Below are positions 1 to 13,942 of a stretch of 64,000 bases of DNA, one piece after another. Numbering within the stretch: position 1 is the first letter of the stretch; each line of letters starts with the position of its first letter. Made by a program: the position numbers and the translations under genes. Source of the stretch: Camelus ferus (lineage: Eukaryota); NCBI RefSeq assembly GCF_009834535.1, contig NC_045707.1, positions 49,602,001 through 49,666,000 of the forward strand, given 5' to 3'. The notes under the pieces are model-generated. The model was not told the origin of the DNA. It made no database searches and saw nothing but the letters and a program-made list of their open reading frames with translations.

Positions 1-389
1 TGTAATCAGCCATGCTTCTCAAAACGCCTGGGTTATATCTAGCCCCACTCACACGATGGTAATTATCAGCTGCCACCACACAGAAGTGTTGCATTCCCTG
101 CTACTCTTTTTTTTTTTCCCCCCAAAATGTCAGCTTGTAATCTGAAGGAAAATTACAAACCCTACTTTTTTAGGAATGTTTAAAATAAACCCACAAAAGC
201 ACCAAGCCTGTTACAATTACTGTCCTGCTTTAAGAGAGAAATATCCCAGGTGGTGTTTTATCTCTGCAGCATCTATTTCTAAAGGTTAGCCACCATGAAA
301 GGAGCAATAGTGCCTTGTATAATAGCAGACCAAGGCCAGTTTTTGGGAGAAACCAAAACTTCCTTAAGAAGCTTTGAGTCTTTATTGAA

Positions 390-720
390 GATAAACGTAA
401 ACTACCCTAAGGATTATCACGCTAGTGCTACTTTAATAAAATGTCACTGCATAAAAAATTGCAATATCGATCATCGTTTGTATGATGCTGATAATAATGT
501 GTAGCGGTTCCCTCTTGTTTAATAGAAACATAAAACCCATATCAAGTGGAATGTTTTATGCTAATGGCAGCATTTCCAATGAAATTGCCAATATAAATCG
601 CTTTGATATGTCATCATTCCTTATTTTAACAACTACTTTTACGCTGCACACCTTAGAGCCGTTATACCATTCGGCTTGTAAAAGAAAAAATGAAATATCA
701 ATCAAAACATAATAAGCAGA
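390..720. mobile_element. Ancient conserved interspersed element, possibly MER121-like (candidate exapted CNE)
   Basis: AT-rich but CpG-retaining block with internal inverted repeats (CATAAAAC 529-536/GTTTTATG 553-560; CATATCAA 538-545/TTGATATG 603-610). Family assignment is from memory only. Confidence 0.3.
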
Positions 721-884
721 ACTCTACTGAGAAAACTTTTTAGCATAACAAATCCACATGAGTTCAAGGCACAGAGGTTTACAAGGAGAGTCTGCCCAGA
801 ATACTAAGAAACCTTTTAATGATGGAAACAGGTCACTGAGAAATCCATAAATTCACCTTTCTTCATGTATTTTAAGCTAGACCT

Positions 885-1025
885 AGATAAGTAGACTGAG
901 AACTTGGAGGCAAAAGATCTGGTTGTGGTCCTGGCTCAGGCATGAACAGTCTGGACAATGTTTAGCAAACCTCTAGCCTCAGTTTCCAGAAATGAGGCTC
1001 CCTAAGGTCTCTTTCAACTCCAACA
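885..1025 (+). mobile_element. MIR SINE fragment
   Basis: Core motif 'ctctagcctcagtttcc' and a MIR3/MIRc-like tail 'ctaaggtctctttcaactcc'. Confidence 0.6.
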
Positions 1026-1199
1026 CCAACTTTCTACAACAATAAGTTCCCTAAAAGATGGAGAAAAACTAGGTCGCTTCATGAATTCAATGCAATTCAG
1101 GACACGATTTCTAATAATAACTTCCTCCTATCCCTTATAAAATATACCTCATTCCTATGTTTGTCCCCTATGTTTATACATCCAAAAAGGAGAAAGGAT

Positions 1200-1355
1200 C
1201 TGAAAGGAAGAGCTGGGTTCATACATCCCAACTGCAACTCTCTGCTAGTTGTATGACCTTGGACAATGTACTTCTAAAATTCCAGTTTATTCATTTATGA
1301 AAGCAGGATAATATTCTTTATCTTGTACAGTAGGGGTGATGATTATAGTTAATAT
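1200..1355 (+). mobile_element. MIR SINE fragment
   Basis: 'ctgggttc...ctagttgtatgaccttggacaa...cagtttattcatttatgaaa' follows the MIR core. Confidence 0.65.
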
Positions 1356-1989
1356 TTCTAATCCATCATTCATCATTCCTTCAATTTAGTAGCATTCAAT
1401 AACTAGTGGTTATTATATGTGTGTGTGTATACATATTCACTCATACATAATACGTACTCTACCAGCCTTGGAGAAAATTGCCTCCAGCTCTAACCAGAAA
1501 TGGGAGTCAGTAATTCTTATGTTATTAAATCTAAACTGAAAATACATTCCATTCATAGTGGTATGATCAGATCGATACTCGGTCATGCCAATGTAACATT
1601 AAAATTCTTTATTATACTGTCTGTTACCACTACCAAGAGCCCAATATGAATGTTATCTGTCTGGACAAGGTGTACAATCTATAGCAGGTAGAATGGACCA
1701 CCCGTAGAGGTCTAGTCTGCCATTTCACAGTTCCAATAATTTAGAAATGGTATTATATGTCACTTTTCTACAACAAATCAGAATAGCCCAAGGTTCAGTG
1801 CAGATTAGAATGCATCCACTCCAATGTCATCTCTTTAGCTCATCCAGATTATTTAATCTAGCCAAATAATAGACCAAAGCATGCAAAATACCTACATACT
1901 TCAAATGTGGATCCTTGCTCAGATATGCTATGAAAATTCTAAGAAAATTTTCTTCACCCCTTGCTACTCAGCCTAAATGATTTCATTAC

Positions 1990-2810
1990 CTTGGTCTTTA
2001 ACTTTGCCACCCAACTTCTCTTCAGAGTAGTCCATGCTCACTGCCTTCAGTTCCTGAGTATTCCTCAGATAATCTGGCCACCCCCATACAACTTTTCTAA
2101 AATTGTCTTTGTGATGGTCGTCAGTGATCTCCCATGGCAAACCCGACAGGCTTTCTCAGCTGCCTTTCACGTCAAGCTTTCACTGGCATTTGAAACTGCT
2201 GTCACCTAGAATCCCTGTCCTCTGTGCCTGTATTAACCCTGCACGTTCATGGTTCTATGCCTTTCTGGCCTCCCTTCTCTTTCTCAGACCTTTTTTCCTG
2301 TCACCCCCAAATTTAGAAGATTCCTAAATTTTCCTTGTTCTTTTATGATCCTTGCAAAGTAATTTTATATATCCCAGCAGTTTTAACTATAACTCTTTGT
2401 GAATGACTCCCAGATCTAAGTCTTCAGCCTTACCCACTCCCTGAAAGTCTCTACCTGGGAATTTCAGCATGAGTCTGATTGTAACTCATTATCTGCCTAA
2501 TGAGTCTGCTCCTAATACTGTGTCCCCCAGGTTCTTTCAGGATCACTACCACCTTTGTGGTCACCCAAATCGCTGCATCCACCTGCCCTCTTTCAAATTG
2601 GTTACTCTACATCATGCCTATCATCCCACTACAGATGCCCTAATTCACGGCATGTGTAATACAAATTTGAAAGGGGACAGATTCCCCAATTCTAGTTAAT
2701 ACTTCCCACTTCAAGTTCTCTGACAAATTGATCCTAGATTAAACACAGAAAACATACCTCTGATCATGTTCATTTCCTTGCTCAAACACCTTTTGTAACA
2801 CCATTTCTTT
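1990..2810 (+). mobile_element. L2 LINE fragments (highly diverged)
   Basis: Pyrimidine-rich L2-type motifs 'tgaatgactcccagatctaagtcttcagcc' and 'tgatcatgttcatttccttgctcaaacacc'. Confidence 0.5.
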
Positions 2811-4379
2811 CAGATTAAAAACTAATCATTAGAATAGCTAACATTTATTAAACATCTGCTTAGTAGGCCCTAGGTAGTATATCAATTATACAGCAATTAC
2901 CTCATTAACTACTAAAACAAATGTGATTTTACAGTTATTTTGAGACTATATTGATAATATGTATCTCCCCAACCAGGCCATAAACTCCATGAGGTCAAGG
3001 ACTTAAATCAGACATGAACCTTGGCTTCAGAGGACTCATGGATTAAAGATGATAAAGCATCTGCTTGGATAACTGTAATTCAAAGAGAGAAAGAGATACA
3101 TATAAAGATAAAGACACCCGAACTCTGATGGGAATTCAAGGTAGAAATACATTCATTTCAGTTGAGAGGATACCAAAAGACTTCACAGAGAATTTGTTTA
3201 TGATATGGTTTATGAAAGATGAGTAAGATTTAGGTGTCCAGGGATGAGAAAAAGGATGTATTCCAAGAGGAAGAACATTAACAAAGATGTGGAAGTCTGA
3301 AAAAAATCTTAGGTTGTATATAAAGAATATTAGGTGGCAGAATTTAATTGTAATAATTATATTATTATTGTTACATTTCTTTTAAAATAAGGTAGAATGA
3401 TGGTTCTATTCTCACTGTTAATAAGAAGAAAATGATTATATAGAGGACTGGGTTGCTGAGTTACTATATTGGATAAGTGATATTTTTACTTTGATAATAC
3501 CATTTTCTAAATGTTAGTCACTGACCATTGTTTTTTGTGTTCAGCAAGTCCACCCTCTTTGTCACATAATAAGGCCTAGGGATTTGAAAATGTCAAATTA
3601 TATTGAGCAACAAGAGGATGGATTCTGCATAAATATTTAAATCTTAGACACAAAATTCATGACTCTGGGCACTGTAGACAACTGAGGTAATTGGAATCTC
3701 TGTAGGTCAATTTTTAGTCCAAATCTTGTTTTTAAAATAGTCTGAGAAAACTTGACTTTGGGGCTAAACATCTCTGAGTTGATACTTTGTTTTGTTTTCC
3801 CTATTGGGTGAGTTGTTATTTTAGTTGATTTTGGTTTAAGATTTCCCCCTTTAGATCTGTGCTATAAATCAGGCTTATAGCATTTTGCATTCCAGTGATG
3901 CCTTGTCTTGGTTGTACAACTGTTATCTCATCTAAATCCCACAGCTGTGTCACTTCCTAATGACCACCATCCCTGCAAGACAGCTGTTGCTCTTAATTGG
4001 CAGGAATAAAACAGATGAGCATTAAGAAACTAGCCCAAGTGATATGCTACACAAAGAATCCCCTTACATTTACATTTTTTCCAGCTATTTGAAGCTAGAG
4101 AAGGCAGAGCAGGGGCCTCCATCAGAAATATGCAGAGTCCCTTGGTCTTCCACCCAGATTTTTACAACTGAAATTGCATAGAGCCCAGCTACATCTTGGC
4201 CAGTCCAAATGAGAGTCCCACCCACAAAAACATTGAAAAGTAGTTTGAAATCTCTAGCAAATTTTCCCTGATGAGCTGCCAAAGAAAAATTCTGTCATAA
4301 ATCACAGTGAAGCTTCTTAAAACCCACTTTTTCCATCTCACCTTCCACAGCACACATTACTGCAGATACACCAAAATCT

Positions 4380-4549
4380 AGTGACTTGCTACTCAAAGTA
4401 TGGTCCATGGACCAGGAGCATTGGCATCACCTGAGAGCCTGTTAAAAACTCACACACTCAGGTCCCACTCCAGACCTGTTGAATCAGAATCTGTGTATTA
4501 ACAAGATCCCTAGGTGGTATATATGCACGTAATATTTTGAAAAACACTG
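4380..4549 (+). mobile_element. MER5A1-like hAT-Charlie MITE
   Basis: 'gctactcaaagtatggtccatggacc...catcacctgagagc...gaatcagaatctg...aacaagatccctaggtg...tttgaaaaacactg'. Confidence 0.85.
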
Positions 4550-4557
4550 CTTTTGTC

Positions 4558-4725
4558 TATTGATTCTCACACTTTAGTGTGTACATAAGAATCACCTGAA
4601 CATGCTGTTACAGCACTGACTCTTGGGCCTCACCCCAAGATTGTCTGACTCAGTAAGTCAGATACTTGAATACCACTGTGGTGTGATACCCAGAACCTCA
4701 GAAGTTCTGAGGATCACACTTTGAT
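4558..4725 (-). mobile_element. MER5A-like hAT-Charlie MITE, inverted relative to its neighbour
   Basis: 'ttctcacactttagtgtgtacataagaatcacctg...gggcctcacccc...ctgactcagtaagtc...ggatcacactttga' is the reverse complement of the MER5A pattern. Confidence 0.7.
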
Positions 4726-5304
4726 CTCAGTCCACAAAAACTAAAATCTCTTTATCTCACCCTGCCCTGTTCTATCTCAATATCCTTCCTTTATTATCTT
4801 ATCCTCTGCACTTTTTAATATAAGGCAACCTAACATGTCAGAACTTGTGTGTGTTTGTTACTGTCTTATAATTGTCCTCTAATTAATCTCACTGTAACTG
4901 TTTTTCTCTTTCTCCATATTGCTAACCTTGTGATCTTCCAAGTGTGTCATCCCCTCACTCAAAATTTCTCAGTCTTTACATAATGGAAAAAAAATTACAA
5001 AGCTCAAGTTAAAATAAGAAACTCTTAACTTTAGAACTCTTTCAGGTAACTCAAGTGCTTAAGATTTATCAAAGGTATGCAAACCAAAGAAAAAGTGGTG
5101 ACTAATCTTTTATAGAAGAGTGATAGAATGCTTTGTTCTGGCCTCCCTTCCCCTAAGATTGCTGAATCAGGGTGAAGGTTAAAGGTTCAATTCAAGGTTA
5201 AGCAATTAGAAGAGATGTAAGCAAAGAAAAACAGGAACATGGGGAGTGGTGACTAAGATACACCCTTGACAGTGAAATATATATATATATATATTCAGGG
5301 AAGG

Positions 5305-5500
5305 GCTGTGGTTCCAGAGAAAGAGCACTGGACTTGGAGTCATAGGATGTAAATTCAGGTTCTTTGTCCAATCTTCACAGGCACTGTGGCTTTGAGCATA
5401 TGATAAACAACCTCCAACGACTTCAGATTCTTGCCTATAAAATGCAAATAATACCTATACTACCTGCCTCACAAGGTATTTGCAAGGTCTAATGATCCTT
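5305..5500 (+). mobile_element. MIR SINE
   Basis: 'gaaagagcactggacttggagtc...ctataaaatgcaaataatacct...acctgcctcacaagg'. Confidence 0.75.
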
Positions 5501-6059
5501 GATAGAGTCAAGTGTTAAGTAAGATATTGATTGCATAAACACTTGCTGAATGAATTAGGTTGATGTTATACAGGTATATACAGATATTCAGGAATGACTA
5601 GGGCATAATCCAACTTTCAAGGAGACTGCTGTCTAGTGATGAACACAGATACAGAGACAATAATTGAACCAACGAGCACTGTGCAGAAGTAAACTACAGA
5701 AGGAACCGTGAAGAGTCAACACATTTTTTTAAAAGAGAGTGGGGAATGCCCATCCTGAATTTGTCAGTTCTTTCTGAATTTACCTTACAGTTCTCTTTGC
5801 CATACTAATATTTTGATTAATTCTGCTGGAATAATGATAAATATTGATGATAATGATAACATTTTTGATTAGTTTAACAAAATTTTCTACTATTGGCTTG
5901 TTGGGAAAAAAAGTGCTAGTAAATAGGAAGTGCTACAGTCTGACAAGGAAGGTGTAAGACAAATTCAAAGAGTGGTTGAGAGGTATAGCACCCACACTTA
6001 GAGATGTCGGCATCCCTGAATGTTTAGCATTCACTTGGGCTTCATTCCAAAGAAAGAAA

Positions 6060-6200
6060 ATACTGTCTCCCCTTAGAATGTAAACTCTCATTATAAGCAA
6101 AGGGATCAACTGTTTTGTTCACTGCTGTGTCCCCAGTGACTAGAATGTTACCTGTTGCATCAGTAGAGCTCAATAAGTATTTGTTGCATAAATGAATGAT
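6060..6200 (+). mobile_element. L2 3' end
   Basis: 'tagaatgtaaactc...ttgttcactgctgtgtccccagtg...ctcaataagtatttgttgcataaatgaatga'. Confidence 0.8.
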
Positions 6201-7382
6201 AGAATAAGTAAGTTCTGTATGAAGCTAATGACCAGCCAGTTACACACACATACGTGTTACGTTCAGTATGTGAATAGTACACTTGAAGACAATAAATGGC
6301 ATTCTAGTTTCCAAACATGGGATAACTTTTACAAATTATGAACATTTCTAAATTAAAATTTGTAATTAAAACAATGAATCCTTATCTAGCTGTTATTCAA
6401 GGGTAAAGGGAACCAGAACTTTTATGCTCTCCTACTAAAGGTATTTACTTAATGATGAGTATTTTAACTGCCTTCATATATATCTCTCCCATTTTTCTCC
6501 AAAGTACTGGTAATATATAAAGTTAAATAACATTTCAAAGATGGTTTCTGTGACTTTTCATCTTAACACATTTCTCTATGTAATAGTTTTTCTTGACTTT
6601 TCATACATGGCATTATGTAACTTCCACATCTCTCATCTGCAGAATGAAGGTGCTGGGCAAGGTGATGACGGGGGCCTCTCTCTCCCAACTCCAATATTGT
6701 ATTTATGTTGTACTTCCTCTATGTTAAAATAAAATCATCTTTTTAAAAGGCTCTGGAGAACAAACAGCTTAAGTAGGCACTTCAGTAATTGTGCAATTGT
6801 TTCCTACTTCATTTTAAGTTTATGTAGCTTTCTTTTTTCTTTTCTTACTAAAGAGAGAAAACAACAAAACAGCTTTTCTTTAAAAGAAAAGGTTAACTTA
6901 AGTGCTTTGGATGGAGTGGGCATAGGGGTACATAATGGCATAGATGAATCATAGGTGAATATAGTGCCATACCTATAATTATTATAGATGTCTTCCCTTT
7001 ACTATTAAAGAGAATCTTCTCTTTGCACCCTAATTTAGAGGATACTTTATTTCCTTATTTCCTTATGACTTCTTGCAATTTGACTACTCCCAAAAGTCCA
7101 AAGATACACATTTAAAGGGAAACTCATAAAATCAAGACAGTTTTTATTTCTTCTTTTCAGAAACAAGCTTGACCCAGAAATCTTGTCATAGAAGATCTTC
7201 AGAGAAAAGTCAAATAACCTCAATTACACCCACCCACAGTCACATACAAAAAAAGCTAATGCAAAATAGTATTTCTAAAATCTTCCACAAGAACTCAGTA
7301 TATAACAGAGAAATCATTTAGAACAAGAGAGTAGGTCCTAGTCCTCAGCAGAGCTCTTAGATCCGAGGTGTCAAGCATAGAA

Positions 7383-7846
7383 TGTGGCCGATGGTCTGCA
7401 AAGATGGTTACCAACAATTTCTTCCATTCCTCAATTGATTTCCCCCTCCCCTTGAATCTGGACTGGCTGTGACTTGTCTGAACAATAAAATGGGGATCAA
7501 AATGAGAGTTCTGACTTTAAGAAGCCTGGCAGTTTCCACTTCCCCCCTCTTGAATCCTGAGCAACTATGTACCAAGTAAATTATCCCACTAGAGAGAGGC
7601 CACATGGAAGGCGGCCCTGGAGGATGTGAGGAAAAGAGGACCACCCAGACCTCAGCCTTTTCTTCTATTCCAACTGAGGCCACCTGGGATCTTCTAGCCT
7701 CAGCAGAGCCACCTCAGCCAAATCACATGAAACAGAAAGAGCTGCCCCACCAAGCCCTGCTCAAATAGCAGAATCATGAGCAAATAACTAAAATAACCAA
7801 TAACTAAAACAAGGAATAAAAAGCTCAAACAGTAGATAACAAAAGC
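7383..7846 (+). mobile_element. MaLR solo LTR (MLT1G/H-like)
   Basis: TG start, then 'caaagatgg...cccttgaatctggactggctgtgacttg...agagaggccacatgga...aagccctgctcaaatagcagaatcatgagcaaata...gtagataac'. Confidence 0.75.
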
Positions 7847-9019
7847 GGTGGATATTCCTGTTGTTCATTCAGTGAGGTGTGGTAAACAACTATATCCCAA
7901 TCCTTGGGCTATTGGCTAGGAACGGTGGACTGAATAGAATGCCTGCCTTCAGAGAGCTCACGTCCAGTGGGAGTGACACTCACATAAACAAACCACTGGC
8001 AGGGAGTGTGAGAAGAGCTGCATGAGAGGCACCCTCATGGCGCTGTGGGAGGGTGTGGACCCACCAAGCAGCTACCCTCCAGGAAAGAGCCAAAGAGGAA
8101 ATGACATTTCAGCTCTGTTTTGTAAGCTGAGTAGGAGTTTCCCAAGCCAGGATGTGTGGCTGAGAGGGAGGTACATTCCAGGGAATCAGTTTCATTTGTG
8201 CAGGAAGTTTAAGCTTCTTAAAGCCTAAACTCCTGGGTCTGTGAGTATCACCTGCTAAGAGATTCATTATTTTCCAGAGTTAGACAGGTAAAAGTATATT
8301 CTTCTTTGTGGTAAAAACTTGTTTGTTGATTGCCTAAACTCTCACTCTTATCTTCAGTTTTGTGACCTATAAGTGGCTGAGAGAAAGAAATCCATGTGAA
8401 AAATGAACAGACGGTTAAAAAATGAAAATGTACATGCTCTTTCTCTATCTTACTCTAGACAAATGTTAAATAAAGGAGGTTGTTTGATTAATCTTTGTTC
8501 AAAAAATTCTCAGTATTCTTAATTGGAGATATAGAAGGCATTTTGCTGTTTATTATGGAAGGAAAAATAAATTTTTCTATTGACATTTGTGATTTAAAAG
8601 ATCAAACATACAAAACATCTTTCACTAAAGTAGGTAAGCTGGTTTATACCTCATATTCAGTACTAGGTAAGCTGGCAGATGAAGAAAACTAGAACTGGGT
8701 AAAACTAGTCCTCATAGGATGCTGGAATGTTTATAGACATTTGTTTCCACTCTGCAATAGTTCTCTGTACATTTGCAACTGCAAAGTTCAAGTTTTCGAA
8801 GGCAGCTGCAATCCAGAAGCTACTGAAAAACTTAGGTACCAAAACCCACCTGTGGGGAATGAGTACCTTTTCTCCTCTTTTCACACCATATCACACCTAT
8901 TCTCTTATTTCTCAGAGTTGAGATGAGAGGATCATGTGGGTTCCAAGACTCCTCAACCTAGCGAGGTGCCTCTGGGAAAGACCATGGGTCTTGAAGGGAG
9001 CACATCATTTAAGGTCTGG

Positions 9020-9200
9020 TCCTGAGTGCTTTATAGGTGGTACTTCAGTCATCTCAAAACCCCTCTGTGTTAGGTATTAAAATCCCCCATTTTACAGATG
9101 AAGAAACTAAGGCTGGGAAAGATGATTAAGTATGTTTCCCAGGAGTGCACAGCTGATAATCACATCTATCTGATTCCAAATCCTATGCTCTTACATTCTG
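9020..9200 (-). mobile_element. MIR SINE
   Basis: 'cccccattttacagatgaagaaactaaggct' is the reversed MIR core. Confidence 0.8.
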
Positions 9201-9404
9201 TGATACTTCTCCCTAAGAACTTGTAAGATTCATTTTACCTTTCGGTACTGGTTAAATCTCTGCACTGAAAAAAGAGAAACATTTTTAACAAAGTCAGAAA
9301 CATTGGGCATAAAAGAATATGCAACATTTGACCTGTGCTTTAAGATGACTAGAGTATGTGATGAAAATTATCAAAAGCATATAATATAGAGGAGGCAGGG
9401 AATG

Positions 9405-9630
9405 CGATAGAAATAGCATGACTTTTAAATTCTATTTAAATCCCAGTTTTGGCTCTTACTAGTTTGTGATCTTGAGCCATTTATTTAGGTTCTCTGAGCT
9501 ACAGTTTCCTGGATTATAAAATAAAAATATTAACACTTGGCTACATCTCTCAGGTTATTAGGAGTACTAAAGTATGTAATTTATGTAAAAGCACCTAGCA
9601 CAAGCCTGCCTCATTTTTGGTATTCAGAAA
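9405..9630 (+). mobile_element. MIR SINE
   Basis: 'aaatcccagttttggctcttactagtttgtgatcttgagc...ctctgagctacagtttcct...tatgtaaaagcacctagcac'. Confidence 0.8.
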
Positions 9631-10239
9631 TGTCAACTTTCTTCCTGCACTGCAGATACTGGCAAAAGAATATAGTTGTCCAGTATTGTCACCTGCAAGT
9701 AAAGGTCTCTGGTTTGAAAGGTGAGAAAGAAATGAAAGATTGGGAAATGTTTTCTGTTGTCATAAAAATATTTTCCAGCAATGGTTGAAGAAGGACACTT
9801 GCTTTCAGTTATGCTAAGACTGTATTGGAACATCACGTTGAAAGCAGTGAGGGGGACACTCAGGCCTGGTCAATGCTCTGGACAGTGAAAAGGAAAATGC
9901 ACAACAAACTGAAACAACACGTTCCTCCCCTCAGCCAGAGTGGGACCCGCTGCCTCATGGGCACCACCCAGCAGGACAGAGCAGCTGCCCTGTCACCCAG
10001 ACTGCAGCTCTAGTGATTAATTATCACATGCCCACTATGGGTCAGGCTCTGCGCTGGACGACACAGAATCCCAGGAACAAAGCCAGGTCACATAGTGATG
10101 TGCATGTATTTCTGTTCATTGAGTGGGTGAAAATGAGTCATGAGAAACTAGTTAACCTATGACATTGATCCCTGACGTATGACATTCATGCAATTTCTTG
10201 CACAGAAGCTAGAAAGCAGAGTATACGCCCTCTAAGAGA

Positions 10240-10455
10240 TGACAGTTTCTGAGCACTTACTATGTGCTGGGCATTATCCTCAGGGCTCTATGTACATCCC
10301 CTTATTTAATACCCACAACCAGCCTTATCAGGTAGATGCTGTTAGTCCCCATTTTATAGACGTGTGAACCCAGGCTTTGAGACGTTCAGTGACTTGCCAA
10401 AGCCACAAGATCTCAAGTCCTGGAAATGGAATCTGATCTCAGAATACTCATTCTA
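10240..10455 (-). mobile_element. MIR SINE
   Basis: 'tgagcacttactatgtgctgggca...ccccattttatagac...gtgacttgccaaagccaca'. Confidence 0.8.
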
Positions 10456-11369
10456 GATCTGAACTCATGGTGAAAAACCTAAGACAAATTATAACACTGG
10501 TGAGATTTTTCTGTTTCAGTTGCATCCGTTTCCTATAAAAAGATTCTTTGTCTTTTTATTCAAAAATCAAGAATTAGCTGCCAACTCTTGCTTCAAGTAT
10601 TGGTCAATGTCGGAATGGTATGACAGAATCTCTGATCTTTTTCACGCATTAATTTATAAAGGTATTTTGGCAAGGTCAGCATGCTTTTTAACGTGCACAC
10701 TGCTCCTTTGCTACTCTGTATAAAGGCATTTGTAAATTATTCCAGTTATCTTTAGAATACTTAAAATTGCTCTCTGGCATTTATGTAATCAGCAAGAGAT
10801 AATCAGATGATCTTTCTTTTTTTTTTAGTTAACAATGAGCCACTTCCTGTTCATTATACTTATTATGTTTATTTATGGCATAAAACCCATGGAGATTTCT
10901 TTCCTCCTATTTAAACCATTTTTACCAGTGTTTGGCGTTTGTATGACTGTTGATTAATTATGGCCCTGTCTCAATCATTCATGGAAGAAATAATAGCCTA
11001 CGGTTCCTTTTACCAATCATTGAGTTATTCATAGCTCAAGGAAATGGCATGACAATTCTAAGTCCTTACATATTTGGAGGCTTGTAATAGATAATCCATA
11101 CACAGGCAAAATGTTTAAAGTAAGAAGCTACCTGACATCAGAGGCCCAGAAGAGTTAAAAGACTCAAGTCACATGTCAAACTTGTGGTTGTCCTTGTTTG
11201 GGAACAAGAGCATTCCTAAATACCAGTCCAATGGCCCCTCACAGCCTCTCCCCTTTATACACTAAGCTTGTTGGCTTTTCATTCTACTCGCATCTAATGT
11301 AATAAATGGAGGGAACTGTACACATTTTCCCATCCAATATGAAAGCACTTATCGCCCAGTACAGAGGAT

Positions 11370-11884
11370 TTTCCTGGGATTTGATGCCCCTACATTCATT
11401 TCCTTTCCGTTTGATAATGGTATTCTGAGTTTTGTTCAAGTACAAGATCCTCTCTCATTCAGTCAACATGCTTCAAGAGGAAATTGATCCATCCCTTGCT
11501 TCAGGGATAGGCCTAGAATGGCTTCAGCCAATCAAAAGATCCTGTCCCTTGTCCATACTGATTGAGTTAGACAGTGGAACTGTGACTCAATGCAGACGAA
11601 TAACATAAAGGGATGTTTGATGGAGGCCTCTAAAAGAGATCCTTTGCTCATTCACTGACACACTTTTCTAGATGGATGTAAACAAGAACACCTACGGCCT
11701 CCAGAAAGAGGCATTGACAGCCATCTTGCATGAGAGGACCCAGCTATAATCGAGCTGCTGGATCCAGCCTTATCTATTCAAATAACTGTGTTTTTATAGT
11801 CCTATCAGCCAATAATCCTTTGTTACCTTAGCTGTTGAGTCATATTCTCTGTTATTTGCAACCAAGAGATTCCCAGCAAATACA
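11370..11884 (+). mobile_element. Old ERVL-MaLR solo LTR (MLT1K/L-like)
   Basis: 'cagccaatca...tgattg...tgtgactcaa...ggatccagcc...agccaataa...gttatttgcaaccaagagattcccagcaaataca' with a CA end. Confidence 0.65.
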
Positions 11885-13544
11885 TCCATCACTTTGACCA
11901 CAGTTAAGCAATAACCATGCCACCATGCTGCATTATGAAATCTCACCACATACTTTCCTCATATATTGAGTTCTCCTTGCCCAACTCATCTGGCAAATAC
12001 CTAATACTGCCATTGTGAGATAGTTGTGTACCTGTTGGAAGATCATACTTAGTAACAGGCCAGAAAATTGTGCTCTAGAAGAATAAAACTGGAAAACTTT
12101 TTTTCCACTGATGTTTATAATATTTGAGACTAAATCAGGAAAGGCCATAAAATATCCATCTCATATCGCCTATTGGACATTTCCTTTTGGATTCGCACTT
12201 TCTGGGGAGTTTAAATTCATTAACTTTTTTTTGTTTTCTTTAACTTAAGAGAGTTCAGGATTAATCAGCAATGAAATTAAATCATGCCATTTAAGTATAA
12301 AAAATTATATATTTTATGATTCATATATTTTCTACATTCGATATGAATCACATATAATTCTATAATCATGAACTTTGACTTGTCCCAAAAACAAATAAAA
12401 TGAATTATACCAAGAAGATTATTAAGGAACTTTAAAATTTTTAGAATTCTAAAAACATCATCTTGCTTTCTATTGTTCTCATGTGGTTGTAGGCTAATTA
12501 CACTCATATTTCAATTCTCTCTATGAGCAATAACCTGCCAGCATTCAGTGGAGATCTTATCAGCCCTGGGGCAGAAGTGGGGAGGAGGGCTGCCTGTCCT
12601 GGCCCCTGTGGCTTTCCTAATTTGGCTTTCCTTCTCCACGTGCACACCCTTCTTTCTCTACTCTTGGAAACACTGCACACAGTTCTGCCAAGGAAACCAT
12701 CCTAATCTGAAACTATAGATCTTGTCTTGTTTTTTTATTTGCTTAACCCAGAGATGACCATAAGAACCAGCCATCGTGACTACATGCTTGCCTCCCAGAT
12801 CACTTGGAGGCAGCACTGTAACTTTTATTATTACATCCAACTCTGAAATCTCACGGCCTTGGTCTTCAGCAATAATTTCTACATTACCAACTACTTTCAG
12901 TCCTTTTCCCTCATTAAAAAAATCCTTTGTCCCCCAGTTGAATAAGCATCCATCTTTTTCATTTTTTAAATAACCTTCATCGGTGTCATTTATCACCTCT
13001 AGCACTGGACATATCCATCTACTTTACTCTAAGCCCTTTTATTATAGCTATTCTCAGGAATACCAAAGTTTAAGTGAAATTTGGTGCCATTTTACACTGA
13101 CCTTTTTGAGGAGTTCCAGGATTTAGGAATGTTGGGAAAGTCAATAAATATATTATAGATTGAGTTTGATGCTATGAAAATAAATACACAGACTGCCATC
13201 CACACATATCATTCAACTGAATGTTTTGAGAGAAGTGGCCTTCACAATCACTGTTAGTTGACCTTTGTGAATTTCTTTTTCCTCTTTAAAAAAAAATGCA
13301 GAAATAATCAACATCATGATTGCATTTGCAACGCTCTCAAGTTCCTAGCTATTTGTAATTTAACAAATAATCATAGAAATTTTCTACTGAAATGCAGAGA
13401 CACAGTACCTGGAGGTGGTGGGGGAAGTGCAGGAGAACCAGCTCTCAAAAAATAAATCCAATAAAAGACAGGTCAAATTGACACACAAACAAGAATTATT
13501 TATGTAACAAATGTTTGATGATGTTGAGCATCGGCAAATGCCCA

Positions 13545-13630
13545 TATATTTTTCATATATATGTATATATGTATTATTAGAGAAACATATGAAATATATG
13601 TGTGTGTATATATATGTATATATACACACG
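13545..13630. repeat. Degenerate (TA)/(TG) microsatellite
   Basis: Alternating tatatg/tgtgtata runs. Confidence 0.7.
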
Positions 13631-13632
13631 TA

Positions 13633-13942
13633 CAGTCAGCCTTCCATATCCATGGCTTCTGCATCCGTGGATTCAACCAACCACAGATCAAAAATATTCA
13701 GAAAAGAACTCCAAAAAGTCTCCAAAAACAGAAGTTTAGCATAGCATTTACATTGAATTTACAATTACTTACATGATACCATGTGTTATAAGTAATCTAG
13801 AGGTGGGTGAAAGTATACAGGAGAATTTACATAGGTTATATGCAAATGCTATGCCATTTTATATAAGGGACTTGAGTGTCCACAAATTTTGTTATCTGCA
13901 GGGGCCCCCAGGAACCAATTCCCTGTGGATACAGGACAGCTG
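13633..13942 (-). mobile_element. MER2-like TcMar-Tigger MITE
   Basis: TIR ends CAGTCAGCC...GGACAGCTG flanked by TA (13631-32, 13943-44); internal 'taggttatatgcaaatgctatgccattttatataagggacttgag'. Confidence 0.85.
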
